From: an uncultured Bryobacteraceae bacterium | GTDB lineage: Bacteria; Acidobacteriota; Terriglobia; Bryobacterales; Bryobacteraceae | NCBI GenBank assembly: GCA_937920635.1 | Contig: CAKZUE010000068.1 | Location: 7,999-71,998, forward strand | DNA length: 64,000 bases | Direction of reading: 5' to 3' | Part shown: piece after piece, positions 18,466 to 27,262 of the stretch | How the letters are laid out: every line of letters starts with the position of its first letter | Position numbering within the stretch: position 1 is the first letter of the stretch | The notes under the pieces: generated by a model | Database searches by the model: none | What the model was told of the DNA's origin: nothing | The model's input: only the letters and a program-made list of their open reading frames with translations | Made by a program: the position numbers and the translations under genes

Positions 18466-19194
18466 ATGTCAAAACCGGCCGCGGTCATTCTGGCCGCGGG
18501 CCGGGGCACGCGCCTGCGGGAAGTGACGCGCGAGCTGCCCAAGCCGCTGCTGCCGCTGCATGGAAAACCGCTTGTCGAGCACGTCCTCGACAGCCTGCGC
18601 CCGGCCGGCTTCGGCCGGTTCCTCCTGGTGGTGGGATACCGCCATGAGCTGTTCTACGCGCGGTTCGCCTCAGACCGCAGCATTCATTTCGTCCTTCAGG
18701 ATCCGGTGGACGGGACGGGATCGGCGGCGCGGCTGGCGGCGCCGTTCACGGGGCAATCGCCGTTCCTGCTCATCTTCGGCGACATCCTCGCCTCGCCGCA
18801 AGACATCCGCGCCGTGTGGCAGCGGCTGCTCGGCGACGAGCAGGCGGCGGCGGTGATCGCTGTCAAAGAAGTGGACGACCCCTGGCAGGGCGCCGCCGTG
18901 TATGAGACAGACGGGGTGGTGTCGGAAATCATCGAGAAACCGCCCATGGGAACGAGCGGCACAAGATGGAACAGCGCTGGCATCTTCGCTTTCCGGCCGG
19001 CTGTGTTTGAAGCGCTCGGGCGGATCGGCAAGTCGCCGCGCGGCGAGTATGAACTCACCGACGGGTTGAGACAACTGCTTCAGGATGGGCGGCGCGTGCT
19101 GGCCCAACCTCTTCAACACGCCTGGCGCGACGTGGGGCGGCCCGAGGACGTAGCCGCCGCGCTTGAGATCACCATTCGGTCGCCTCGCGAATGA
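18466..19194 (+). CDS. sugar-phosphate nucleotidyltransferase (NTP_transferase family)
   Basis: MSKPAAVILAAGRGTRLREVTRELPKPLLPLHGKPLVEHVL carries the G-x-G-T-R-(x)n-K signature of the family. The upstream 167-aa part of the raw ORF is antisense to the MFS gene and is rejected. Confidence 0.85.
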   Translation: MSKPAAVILAAGRGTRLREVTRELPKPLLPLHGKPLVEHVLDSLRPAGFGRFLLVVGYRHELFYARFASDRSIHFVLQDPVDGTGSAARLAAPFTGQSPFLLIFGDILASPQDIRAVWQRLLGDEQAAAVIAVKEVDDPWQGAAVYETDGVVSEIIEKPPMGTSGTRWNSAGIFAFRPAVFEALGRIGKSPRGEYELTDGLRQLLQDGRRVLAQPLQHAWRDVGRPEDVAAALEITIRSPRE

Positions 19195-19888
19195 CGCCGG
19201 CCATGCGCTTGCTGACCACCGCCTCGATGCCGCCGGTAAGCCGCAGCAGATAGCGGCGCGAGGAGAGCGGCGCGATCGACCGCAGATGCGCCGTGTTGAT
19301 CAGGAAAGCGCGGTGGATGCGGCGGAACTGCGGCGGGGGAAAGCGTTCTTCGATCTCTTTGAGCGAGTGCGCCGCATGGTAGCGGCCGGAAGTGGCGAGG
19401 ATCTCGACGCCGCCCTCGGCGGCCCGGAAGGCGATGATGTCGCCCGTGTCGATCAGGTGGATCTCATCGCCGGAGCGCGCGGCGATCCGTTGCGGCGCCT
19501 GTGCGGCGTGCCTGTTCGCGGCGCGCAGCCCTTCCAGTTGCCTCCGCGCCTTTTCCAGCGCGGCGCACAATCGCTCCAGCCGCACGGGCTTCAGCAGATA
19601 ATCGACAGCGCCGGCCTCGAACGCCGCCAGCGCGTGCTGCTCGTGCGCGGTGACGTAAATGACCAGCGGCAGCGGGAGTGGACGCAGCCGCCGCGCCACG
19701 GCCAGTCCGTCGCTCTGCGGCATGTGAATGTCGAGCAGCACCACGTCGGGATCGAGCCGCTCCACCTGTTGCAGCACTTCCCGCCCCGTGGCTGCCTCGC
19801 CGGCTGCCTGGACGCCCGGACACTCCTCCAGCAGCTCGCGCATCACCTGCCGCGCAATCGGCTCGTCGTCGGCGATCAGAACCCGCAT
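19169..19888 (-). CDS. LytTR-family response regulator
   Basis: Receiver domain (MRVLIADDEPIARQVMRELL, DVVLLDIHMP) plus a C-terminal LytTR DNA-binding domain (IHLIDTGDIIAFRAAEGGVEI, FRRIHRAFLINTAHL). Confidence 0.92.
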   Translation of the reverse strand: MRVLIADDEPIARQVMRELLEECPGVQAAGEAATGREVLQQVERLDPDVVLLDIHMPQSDGLAVARRLRPLPLPLVIYVTAHEQHALAAFEAGAVDYLLKPVRLERLCAALEKARRQLEGLRAANRHAAQAPQRIAARSGDEIHLIDTGDIIAFRAAEGGVEILATSGRYHAAHSLKEIEERFPPPQFRRIHRAFLINTAHLRSIAPLSSRRYLLRLTGGIEAVVSKRMAGVIREATEW

Positions 19889-21615
19889 GGCTCACCCTCT
19901 CCCGATGCGGGATCCGCGTTCACGGTTGCCGGACTTGCGGCCGGCACCGTGAAGGAAACCACCGTGAAACCTTCCTCCCGGCGCGCCGACAGCCGCGGCT
20001 CGCCGAAATGCAGCGCCAGGCGGCGGCGCACGTTTTCGAGCCCGATGCCCTGCGCGCCCCGGTCTTCAGGGAAGCCCGGACCGGTGTCCCGGACCGAGAT
20101 CTCGCACTGATCCCCGCACGCATGTGCTGAGATCCGCACCTCCCCGGGCCAGTCGAACGGCGCGACGCCGTGGCGCACCGCATTCTCTACCAGGGGTTGC
20201 AGGCTCAACACGGGGATCAAAACCGCGCGCGCCTCCGGACTCACGTCAAGCTTCCATTTCAGCCGCTCGCCCAGCCGCAGAAATTCGATCTCGAGGTACG
20301 CTTCCACGATCTCCAGCTCCTTTTCGAGCGGGATCAAGCCGCCGGCGCCTTTCAGCAGATAGCGGAAGATCTCGGCCAGGTGCAGCACGGCGCGGCGCGC
20401 GGCCTTCGCCTCGCGGGGGATGGAGCCGTAGAGCGCGTTGAGCGCGTTGAACAGGAAATGCGGATGGATGCGCGCCTGCAAGGCCCGCAACTCGGCCTGC
20501 GAAACCAGCTCGCGCAGGCGCTGTTCCCGGTGGTATTCCAGCCGCTCGTTGACCAGCGTTTCGAGTTTCCTGAGCAGGGCGAGGTCCTCGCTGAGATAGG
20601 GACGCCCGCCGGCGCGCCGCCCCAGGCCCAACGGCAGCGCGGGCGCGCCTGCCTGCGCCGCGGCTTGCCGCTCGGCGTGAAAGAACGCGGCGATCTCAGC
20701 CCTCGCCGCCTCCTCGAACTCCGTTTCATCTCGCACCGGCACGCGCCGGATGCGTTCGAGCAACGCCTCGGCGTCTCCGCGGCGGAACACGAGCCGCGTC
20801 AACAGCCGCTGCACCGCGCCCCGCAACGCGGAGAAAGCCACCAGGGCAAGCGTCACGCAAACGCCCAGCAGCACGACGCGCGACGGCGGCAGCGTGCGGT
20901 AGTCGAACCAGCCGGTGGCTGCTGCCAACAGCGCACCCGCCCAGGCAAAGCCCGCCGCCAGCAGGATGTTGGCCAGGAACCGCAGGAAGGCGTCCAGCAG
21001 CAGGAACCGGTAGTCCTGCATCAGCACCCAGAGAGCCAGCGGAATGCCCGCGTGATGCACCAGCAGCTCGACGGGCCAGGCGTGCGGCGCGTCCTGCGAA
21101 TGAAGGTGCGCGAACGACAGCGCGAACAGCAGCAGCGCCATGGCGGCGCCGGCACGCCGCGCGGGGGTGCGCTGCCGCCGCAGGCGCAGCAGCGCCGCCA
21201 CGGTCAGAGGCGCGAAACCGATGGCGGTCCATTGCAGCGTGCGGTGATGCAGGGAAAGCCCCGACAGGAAAGGCTCCAGAGCGTGCAGCAGAACCGAAAG
21301 GCCGCTGACCGCATAAGCCGCCAGAATCAGGCGGCGCGTTTTGCCCTCCATGAGCAGATCCAGCAGCAGCGCCGGCAGCAGGCTGAGAGCCGCCGACGTG
21401 ACAAGACGCAGCGGGAACGAATCCACGAACAGGTTGGCCAGCGCGCCGGCGTTCCAAAGAAAGGCCAGGGCGGCAGCCGCCACCGTGCGCCACGCGCCGC
21501 GGAGCCCGCGCGCAGCGAGGTCCTTGAGCACGAGCACGAGGAAGATGCCGAAGACAACCGTGCCTGCTGTATAGCCGATCCAGTTGGCGAGCAGCGGCTG
21601 CGCGGCGGGGTTCAT
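19876..21615 (-). CDS. LytS/YehU-family sensor histidine kinase
   Basis: Polytopic N-terminus, then a His_kinase domain (RIHPHFLFNALNALYGSI) and an HATPase_c domain (LQPLVENAVRHG, VRDTGPGF). The ATG at 21615 overlaps the tsaC stop (ATGA). The 3' end overlaps the response-regulator start by 13 nt. Confidence 0.88.
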   Translation of the reverse strand: MNPAAQPLLANWIGYTAGTVVFGIFLVLVLKDLAARGLRGAWRTVAAAALAFLWNAGALANLFVDSFPLRLVTSAALSLLPALLLDLLMEGKTRRLILAAYAVSGLSVLLHALEPFLSGLSLHHRTLQWTAIGFAPLTVAALLRLRRQRTPARRAGAAMALLLFALSFAHLHSQDAPHAWPVELLVHHAGIPLALWVLMQDYRFLLLDAFLRFLANILLAAGFAWAGALLAAATGWFDYRTLPPSRVVLLGVCVTLALVAFSALRGAVQRLLTRLVFRRGDAEALLERIRRVPVRDETEFEEAARAEIAAFFHAERQAAAQAGAPALPLGLGRRAGGRPYLSEDLALLRKLETLVNERLEYHREQRLRELVSQAELRALQARIHPHFLFNALNALYGSIPREAKAARRAVLHLAEIFRYLLKGAGGLIPLEKELEIVEAYLEIEFLRLGERLKWKLDVSPEARAVLIPVLSLQPLVENAVRHGVAPFDWPGEVRISAHACGDQCEISVRDTGPGFPEDRGAQGIGLENVRRRLALHFGEPRLSARREEGFTVVSFTVPAASPATVNADPASGEGEPCGF

Positions 21616-22523
21616 GGGCGGGAAGCGGCACGGCGGAGGCGGTCGCGGACGGCGGCCCAATCGGGCAGGTCCGGCGGCTCCTCCACGGCGATCCAATCGT
21701 ACCCCTGTTCGTCGCAACGGTGCAGCGTGGCGTACAGGGCGGCGGCGTAATGGCGCGGCTCGCCGGGCATGGTTTCACCGTGGCGGAGATAGATGCCGCG
21801 GCCGTGCTGCGGCAGCGCGCCGTGGCGCACCAGCAGCAGGGGCGTGCGCGGGCAGTAGTGGCGCGCGTGCATGCCGGGCGCGGGATGCGCCGAATCCGTG
21901 GAGGCCGAGGTGCGCACTTCCACGGGCCCGATCACGGCTTCGATCTCTTCCCGCGTGATCATGCCAGGGCGCAGCAGCACGGGCGGGCTGCCGGCAAGCG
22001 ACAACACCGTCGACTCGATGCCCACGGGCGTCGAGCCGCCGTCGAGCACCAGGTCCACGGCATCGCCGAGCGATTTTCTGACGTGTTCGGCTGAGGTGGG
22101 GGAGAGCTCGGTGAAGCGGTTGGCGCTGGGCGCCGCAATGGGGCAGCCGCTGGATTCGATCAGCGCGAGAGCCAGCGGGTGCGCGGGCATCCGCAGCCCC
22201 ACCGTGGGCAGCCCCGCCGTGACGATGGCGGGGATCGAAGAACGCTTCGGAACCACCAGCGTCAATGGCCCTGGCCAGAAGCGTTCGGCGAGCCGCTGCG
22301 CGGGATCAGGCCAGTGCGAGGCGAGAGAACGGGCCATTTCGATGGACGCCACATGCACAATCACCGGACTCGCCGGCGGACGCCTCTTCGCTTCGAAGAT
22401 GCGCCGCACCGCGGGCTCATCCAGGGCATTCGCGCCCAGCCCGTAAACCGTCTCGGTCGGAAACGCGACCAGGCGCCCGGCACGAATGAGCGAGGCTGCC
22501 TGTTCGAGTTGCGGATGAATCAT
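21612..22523 (-). CDS. tsaC: L-threonylcarbamoyladenylate synthase (Sua5/YwlC type, with C-terminal Sua5 domain)
   Basis: LIRAGRLVAFPTETVYGLGANAL, FEAKRRP, GPLTLV, SANRF. The ATG at 22523 overlaps the prfB stop (ATGA). Confidence 0.9.
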   Translation of the reverse strand: MIHPQLEQAASLIRAGRLVAFPTETVYGLGANALDEPAVRRIFEAKRRPPASPVIVHVASIEMARSLASHWPDPAQRLAERFWPGPLTLVVPKRSSIPAIVTAGLPTVGLRMPAHPLALALIESSGCPIAAPSANRFTELSPTSAEHVRKSLGDAVDLVLDGGSTPVGIESTVLSLAGSPPVLLRPGMITREEIEAVIGPVEVRTSASTDSAHPAPGMHARHYCPRTPLLLVRHGALPQHGRGIYLRHGETMPGEPRHYAAALYATLHRCDEQGYDWIAVEEPPDLPDWAAVRDRLRRAASRP

Positions 22524-23654
22524 TCGGACTCTTCGTCCTTGCCGTCGCCGAAGGTCTTGCCCGTCTTCTTCCACACGAGATAGGCGTGGATCAGATCATC
22601 GATGTCGCCGTCGAGCACGCGGTCCACGTCGCCGATGGCCAGCCGCGTGCGCAGGTCCTTCACCATCCGGTACGGCGCCAGCACGTAGGAGCGGATCTGC
22701 GAGCCGAAGTTGATGTCGGCTTTCGACTCCTCCAGCCGCCGCTCCTCGGCGCGGCGCTTCTCCATCTCGCGTTCGTACAGGCGCGCCTTCAGTTGCTTGA
22801 GCGCCGAGGCGCGGTTCTTGTGCTGCGAGCGCTCGTTCTGGCAGGTGACCACGATGCCCGTGGGAATGTGCGTGAAGCGCACCGCGCTTTCCGTGCGGTT
22901 CACGTGCTGCCCGCCGGCGCCGGAGGCGCGGAACACGTCCACGCGCAGGTCTTCCGGACGGATCTCAATGTCGATGTCGTCGTCGATCTGCGGGATAACG
23001 AAGACGCTGGCGAAGGAGGTGTGGCGCCGCGCGTTGGCGTCGAACGGCGAGATGCGCACCAGCCGGTGCACGCCGATCTCGCTCTGGAGCAGCCCGTAGA
23101 CGCCCTCGCCGTTGATCTCCACGGTGGCGGACTTGATCCCCGCGCCCTCGCCTTCCAGCAGGTCCGTCACGACGGCTTCATACTGGTGGCGCTCCGCCCA
23201 CCGCAGGTACATGCGCAGCAGCATCTCCGCCCAGTCCTGGCTTTCGGTGCCTCCGGCGCCAGGGTGGATGGTCAGGATCGCGCTGCGGTGGTCGTTCTCG
23301 CCCGACAGCAGCATCTCGGTCTCGAGATGCTCGGTGAGCTTGCGCAACTTTTCGATTTCGCGCTCGATGTCGGCGGAGACGTCCTCGCCCTCGTTGCCCA
23401 GCTCGATGAGCGTGTCGATGTCGCTGATGAGCGAGCTGAGTTGCCGGTCCTGATCGATGGCGGCTTCCAGCTTCTTCCGCTCCTGCATGATCTTCTGGGT
23501 CGCTTCCTGATTGGACCAGAAGTCCGGTGCGGCGATCAGTTGTTCGATTTCTTCCAGGCGCTTCTTCTTTGCGGGGGTGTCAAAGATAGCTCCGCACGGA
23601 TTCCGATTGCCGGCGGAGCTCAGAGTACGCCTGGCTGAGGTCTTCCAGGGTCAT
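22520..23654 (-). CDS. prfB: peptide chain release factor 2, requiring a programmed +1 ribosomal frameshift (frame 0: 23654..23583; frame +1: 23581..22520)
   Basis: The 322-aa ORF holds the RF2 core (SPF tripeptide in RISPFDANARRHTSF; GGQ in SGAGGQHVNRTESAVR). The missing N-terminus is encoded upstream in another frame: MTLEDLSQAYSELRRQSESVRSYL then TGA. After a +1 shift it reads DTPAKKKRLEEIEQL and continues into the long ORF. Confidence 0.93.
23579..23596 (-). promoter_or_regulatory. prfB +1 frameshift site (GGAG CTAT CTT TGA C)
   Basis: The minus strand reads CGGAGCTATCTTTGAC: a Shine-Dalgarno-like GGAG, a 4-nt spacer, the slippery CTT (23585-23583), then in-frame TGA (23582-23580) followed by C. 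This is the canonical RF2 autoregulatory arrangement. Confidence 0.9.
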
Positions 23655-23660
23655 ACTTTT

Positions 23661-23669
23661 ATGGTAGCA
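23661..23669 (-). promoter_or_regulatory. candidate extended -10 (TGCTACCAT) placed for a leaderless prfB transcript
   Basis: The minus strand reads TGC-TACCAT, then AAAAGT (6 nt), then ATG (23654). No Shine-Dalgarno. Confidence 0.5.
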
Positions 23670-23739
23670 GTGGCGGCAACCGGGATCTTTTGGTATATAC
23701 TGTGAGAGTTTCGGTCAAAACGCTCCGGTTGAGGCTGTT

Positions 23740-24585
23740 TTGCGAGTTCAGGTTCTCCTCCTCCTGCTCCTGACCGCCGGATGCGCCATGACGGCGTGGG
23801 GCGCTATGGGTGTAAACGCCGCCGCGGCGAAGCGGCCGCAGGCGAACCCAGGCGCCCAGGCGCGGAAATCCGGCCCCGCATCCACACAGGCTTCCTCTCA
23901 AAAGAAGGCTGCGGTGTCAGCCCGCAGCGCCACTGCGGGGAAAGCGAACAAGACCGCCGCTGGAACCGGTTCGCGCAGAGTCTCCACGGCAGCGAGACGG
24001 CGCGTCCCGTCCCGCCGGCGCACGGTTCAGACGAAGGAGCCGCAGTTCCAGCCGTATGTGATCCAGAACTGGCCGGAAGCGGCTTTGGCCGCCATGCCTT
24101 CCGTCTGGACGGCGGAGATCCCGCCCGCGCCGCCGCTCGCTGACAACTGCCGCGTTTGCGAGACCTGGCTGCTGGCCGCCGCATACCAACAGATCGGCAT
24201 CCGCTACCGGCTGGGCGGAACACGGCCTGAAACCGGCTTCGATTGCAGCGGCCTGATGAAGTATCTTTACGAGACGAACTTTTCGGTCACGCTTCCGCCG
24301 ACGGCGCCGCAGCAATTCCAGTTCGGCCTGCGGGTGGAACAATGGGAGCTTGAGCCGGGTGATCTGGTCTTCTTCCGCACGCGCCGGGGCTGGCACGTGG
24401 GCATGTACGTCGGCAACGACGCCTTCATCCACGCGCCCAACAGGCGGAAAACCGTACGTGTGAGCCCGCTGTTTTCCGATCCTTACTGGCGCCGCGCCTT
24501 TATGGGCGCAAGGCGCGTTCCGCTGCCCGAGCCTTCAGAAGGCCTGACCGCCACCGACGATCTGGCCAGCATCAACAACAACTGA
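23740..24585 (+). CDS. NlpC/P60 (C40) cell-wall peptidase lipoprotein
   Basis: Lipobox LLLTAGC, a basic low-complexity linker, and a catalytic domain (GFDCSGLMKYLYE, GDLVFF, WHVGMYVGNDAFIHAP). TTG start with GAGG 6 nt upstream. Confidence 0.88.
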   Translation: MRVQVLLLLLLTAGCAMTAWGAMGVNAAAAKRPQANPGAQARKSGPASTQASSQKKAAVSARSATAGKANKTAAGTGSRRVSTAARRRVPSRRRTVQTKEPQFQPYVIQNWPEAALAAMPSVWTAEIPPAPPLADNCRVCETWLLAAAYQQIGIRYRLGGTRPETGFDCSGLMKYLYETNFSVTLPPTAPQQFQFGLRVEQWELEPGDLVFFRTRRGWHVGMYVGNDAFIHAPNRRKTVRVSPLFSDPYWRRAFMGARRVPLPEPSEGLTATDDLASINNN

Positions 24586-24591
24586 GACAGA

Positions 24592-26166
24592 TCAGCCCGC
24601 GCTGACAGCCGCGAATTCCACGTCCTCCCTGCCGCGCTGCATTCGCGAGTGCGCGCGCAGCGCGGCGGACTTCTCCGGGAAATCCGTGCGATAGTGCGCG
24701 CCGCGGCTCTCCTGGCGGGCCAGCGCGGCTCGGGCGATCAACTGGAGCACGGTGCGCGTATTGGCGCGCTCCAATGCTTCGCGCCCGGCAACGGCGGGCG
24801 GTTCGGCGGGCGCGCTTTCCAGACGGTGCAGCAGCTCTGCCAGCCCTGCGCCAGAGCGCAGGATGCCAGCCGACTCCATCGCCAGCCGGCGCAGCTCGTC
24901 CAGCGTCATCGCCGGCGCGTCAGGCAGCGATGGCGGAGCGAAACGGGCTGGCGCTGCGAGCGCTGCCTCGCGCATGCTTCTGCCCGCCCGCGCCCCGTAG
25001 ACCACGCCCTCCAGCAGCGAATTCGATGCCAGGCGGTTGGCGCCGTGGACGCCCGTGCAGGCGGTTTCGCCCGCCGCCCACAGCCCTTCAAGCGATGTTC
25101 TGCCGTCGAGATCCGTCCACACGCCGCCCATGGCATAGTGCGCCGCCGGGCACACGGGCGCGGGCTGCCGGTCCAGGTCGATGCCGAACGCCAGGCAGGT
25201 GGCATGAATTCGCGGAAACCGCTTCTTCACAAAATCCGGCCCGCGCCCGCTGATATCGAGCCAGACGTGCGGCGCGCTCCCGCTGCGCATCTCGGAGACG
25301 ATCGCCCGCGAGACGACGTCGCGCGGCGCCAGCTCCGCCATCGGATGGTAGCGCGGCATGAAGCGCTCTCCCCTGGCGTTGCGCAGAACCGCGCCCTCGC
25401 CCCGCAACGCTTCCGAGAGCAGGAAACGCGGCGCGCCCTCGACATGCAATGCCGTGGGGTGGAACTGCACGAATTCGATGTCGCTGATGACGGCGCCGGC
25501 GCGCCAGGCCATCGCCACGCCGTCGCCCGTGGCGACGTCCGGGTTGGTCGTGTCCGAATAGACGCGCCCAAGCCCGCCGGTGGCGAGCAGGGTGGCGCGC
25601 GCCGTCACCGCCAGCAGCCGCCCGCGGCGCGCATCGAGAATCAGCGCTCCCACAACCCGCCCTTCGTCCAACAGCAGCTCGGCTACCGCCGTGAACCCCT
25701 CAAAGCGGATGCCCGGCAGGGAAGCGGCGCGGCGATAGAGCGTGCGGGCGATCTCGCGCCCGGTCGAATCGCCGTGCGAATGCAGCACGCGGCTGCGAGA
25801 GTGCGCCCCCTCGCGCGCGAACAGAAGCTTCGAGCCTTCCCGGTCGAACTCCGCGCCCCAGCGGATCAGCTCCTCGATGCGCGCCGGCCCTTCGTTCACC
25901 AGCACGCGCACGGCTTGCGGCTCGCACAGCCCGTCGCCCGCCGCCAGAGTGTCGGCCTCGTGCAGAGTGACGTCGTCCTCGTCGCTGAGCGCCACGGCGA
26001 TGCCGCCCTGCGCGTACTCGGAAGAGGACTCTTCCAGGCTGTCCTTGGCCACTACGAGGACATCGCCCGCGCCCGCGAGTTCGATGGCCGCGCGAAGCCC
26101 GGCGACGCCCGCGCCGATGACGAGAAAATCGGTTCGAATTGTTTCGAGCTGCGGTTCGATACCCAC
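24592..26166 (-). CDS. nadB: L-aspartate oxidase
   Basis: DFLVIGAGVAGLRAA FAD motif, SEYAQGGIA, HPTAL, GLWAAGETACTGVHGANRLASNSLLE. The start is uncertain. I placed it at the GTG 12 codons before DFLVIGAG; TTG at 26175 is an alternative. Confidence 0.9.
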   Translation of the reverse strand: MGIEPQLETIRTDFLVIGAGVAGLRAAIELAGAGDVLVVAKDSLEESSSEYAQGGIAVALSDEDDVTLHEADTLAAGDGLCEPQAVRVLVNEGPARIEELIRWGAEFDREGSKLLFAREGAHSRSRVLHSHGDSTGREIARTLYRRAASLPGIRFEGFTAVAELLLDEGRVVGALILDARRGRLLAVTARATLLATGGLGRVYSDTTNPDVATGDGVAMAWRAGAVISDIEFVQFHPTALHVEGAPRFLLSEALRGEGAVLRNARGERFMPRYHPMAELAPRDVVSRAIVSEMRSGSAPHVWLDISGRGPDFVKKRFPRIHATCLAFGIDLDRQPAPVCPAAHYAMGGVWTDLDGRTSLEGLWAAGETACTGVHGANRLASNSLLEGVVYGARAGRSMREAALAAPARFAPPSLPDAPAMTLDELRRLAMESAGILRSGAGLAELLHRLESAPAEPPAVAGREALERANTRTVLQLIARAALARQESRGAHYRTDFPEKSAALRAHSRMQRGREDVEFAAVSAG

Positions 26167-26183
26167 ATGGTACAACCGAAGGT

Positions 26184-27257
26184 ATGCCGACGTTCGCGGT
26201 GAACACCGGCGCTGCGCAGTACCCCGTGGTGGCCGAGCGCGGCGCGCTCCAGCGCCTGGGAGAGTTTCTGCCTGCAAGGCGGGGCATGCTGTTTGTCGTT
26301 ACGGAAGAGTCCGTGTGGCGGCTGCACGGCGCCGCCGTGGAACGCGCGATGGAAGGGCGGCAGTGGCGCAGGCTGCTGTTTCCCGGCGGAGAAGAGAACA
26401 AGCGCCTGGCGCAGGTGGAGGCGATGGCTGAACAGATGGTGGAAGCGGGCGGCGACCGCTCCAGCCTGGTGATCGCGTTCGGCGGCGGCATTGTGAACGA
26501 CGTGGGCGGATTCCTCGCCGCCGTCTTCATGCGCGGCGTGCCGGTGATCCAGGTTCCCACTACGCTGCTGGCGCAGGTGGACGCCGGCGTGGGCGGCAAG
26601 ACGGGCGTCAATCTGGCCGCAGGCAAGAACCTGGTGGGCGCGTTCCATCAGCCGCTGGCTGTGATCACCGATCCCGATGTGCTGGCCACGCTGCCCGAAC
26701 GCGAATACCGCGCCGGGCTGTTCGAAGTGATCAAGCACGGCATCATCCGCAGCGAGCCGCTGTTCCGGCTGATGCAGGCGCGGCGCGAAGCGGTACTGGC
26801 CCGTGATCCCGGCGCGGTGGAGGAGATGGTCGCCGAGAGCGTGCGCATCAAGTGCGAGGTGGTTTCGCTCGACGAAAAAGAGGGCGGGCTGCGGCGCATC
26901 CTGAACTTCGGCCACACCATCGGCCATGCCCTGGAGGCCGAGACCGGCTACAGCCGCTTCCTGCACGGCGAGGCGGTGGGGCTGGGGATGCTCGCGGCGC
27001 TGCGGCTGTCGGAACTCGCCGGGCGGCTGCCGGCGGAGCTGAGCGCGGAGGCGGGCGCGGTTGTGCGCGCCTACGGACCGTTCCCTTTGACGCGGGGGCT
27101 GTCGCCGGATGGGATTCTGGCAAGGCTCCGGAAGGACAAGAAGGCCATTCAGGGCGCGGTGCACTGGGTGCTGGCCACGGGCATCGGCTCCACCGAGGTC
27201 ACGCCCGACATTCCCGATGCACTGGTGCGCAAGGCCGTGGCATCCATTCTGGAGTGA
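26184..27257 (+). CDS. aroB: 3-dehydroquinate synthase
   Basis: FGGGIVNDVGGFLAAVFMRGVPVIQVPTTLLAQVDAGVGGKTGVNL and FGHTIGHALE. GAAGG Shine-Dalgarno directly upstream of ATG 26184. Confidence 0.93.
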   Translation: MPTFAVNTGAAQYPVVAERGALQRLGEFLPARRGMLFVVTEESVWRLHGAAVERAMEGRQWRRLLFPGGEENKRLAQVEAMAEQMVEAGGDRSSLVIAFGGGIVNDVGGFLAAVFMRGVPVIQVPTTLLAQVDAGVGGKTGVNLAAGKNLVGAFHQPLAVITDPDVLATLPEREYRAGLFEVIKHGIIRSEPLFRLMQARREAVLARDPGAVEEMVAESVRIKCEVVSLDEKEGGLRRILNFGHTIGHALEAETGYSRFLHGEAVGLGMLAALRLSELAGRLPAELSAEAGAVVRAYGPFPLTRGLSPDGILARLRKDKKAIQGAVHWVLATGIGSTEVTPDIPDALVRKAVASILE

Positions 27258-27262
27258 GCCCG

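Noticed and set aside
18467-18472. A perfect TTGACA on the minus strand near the MFS promoter, considered as its -35 element.
   Set aside because: It lies only 6 nt upstream of the TATAAT box, whereas about 17 nt is required. It cannot function as the -35 of that promoter.
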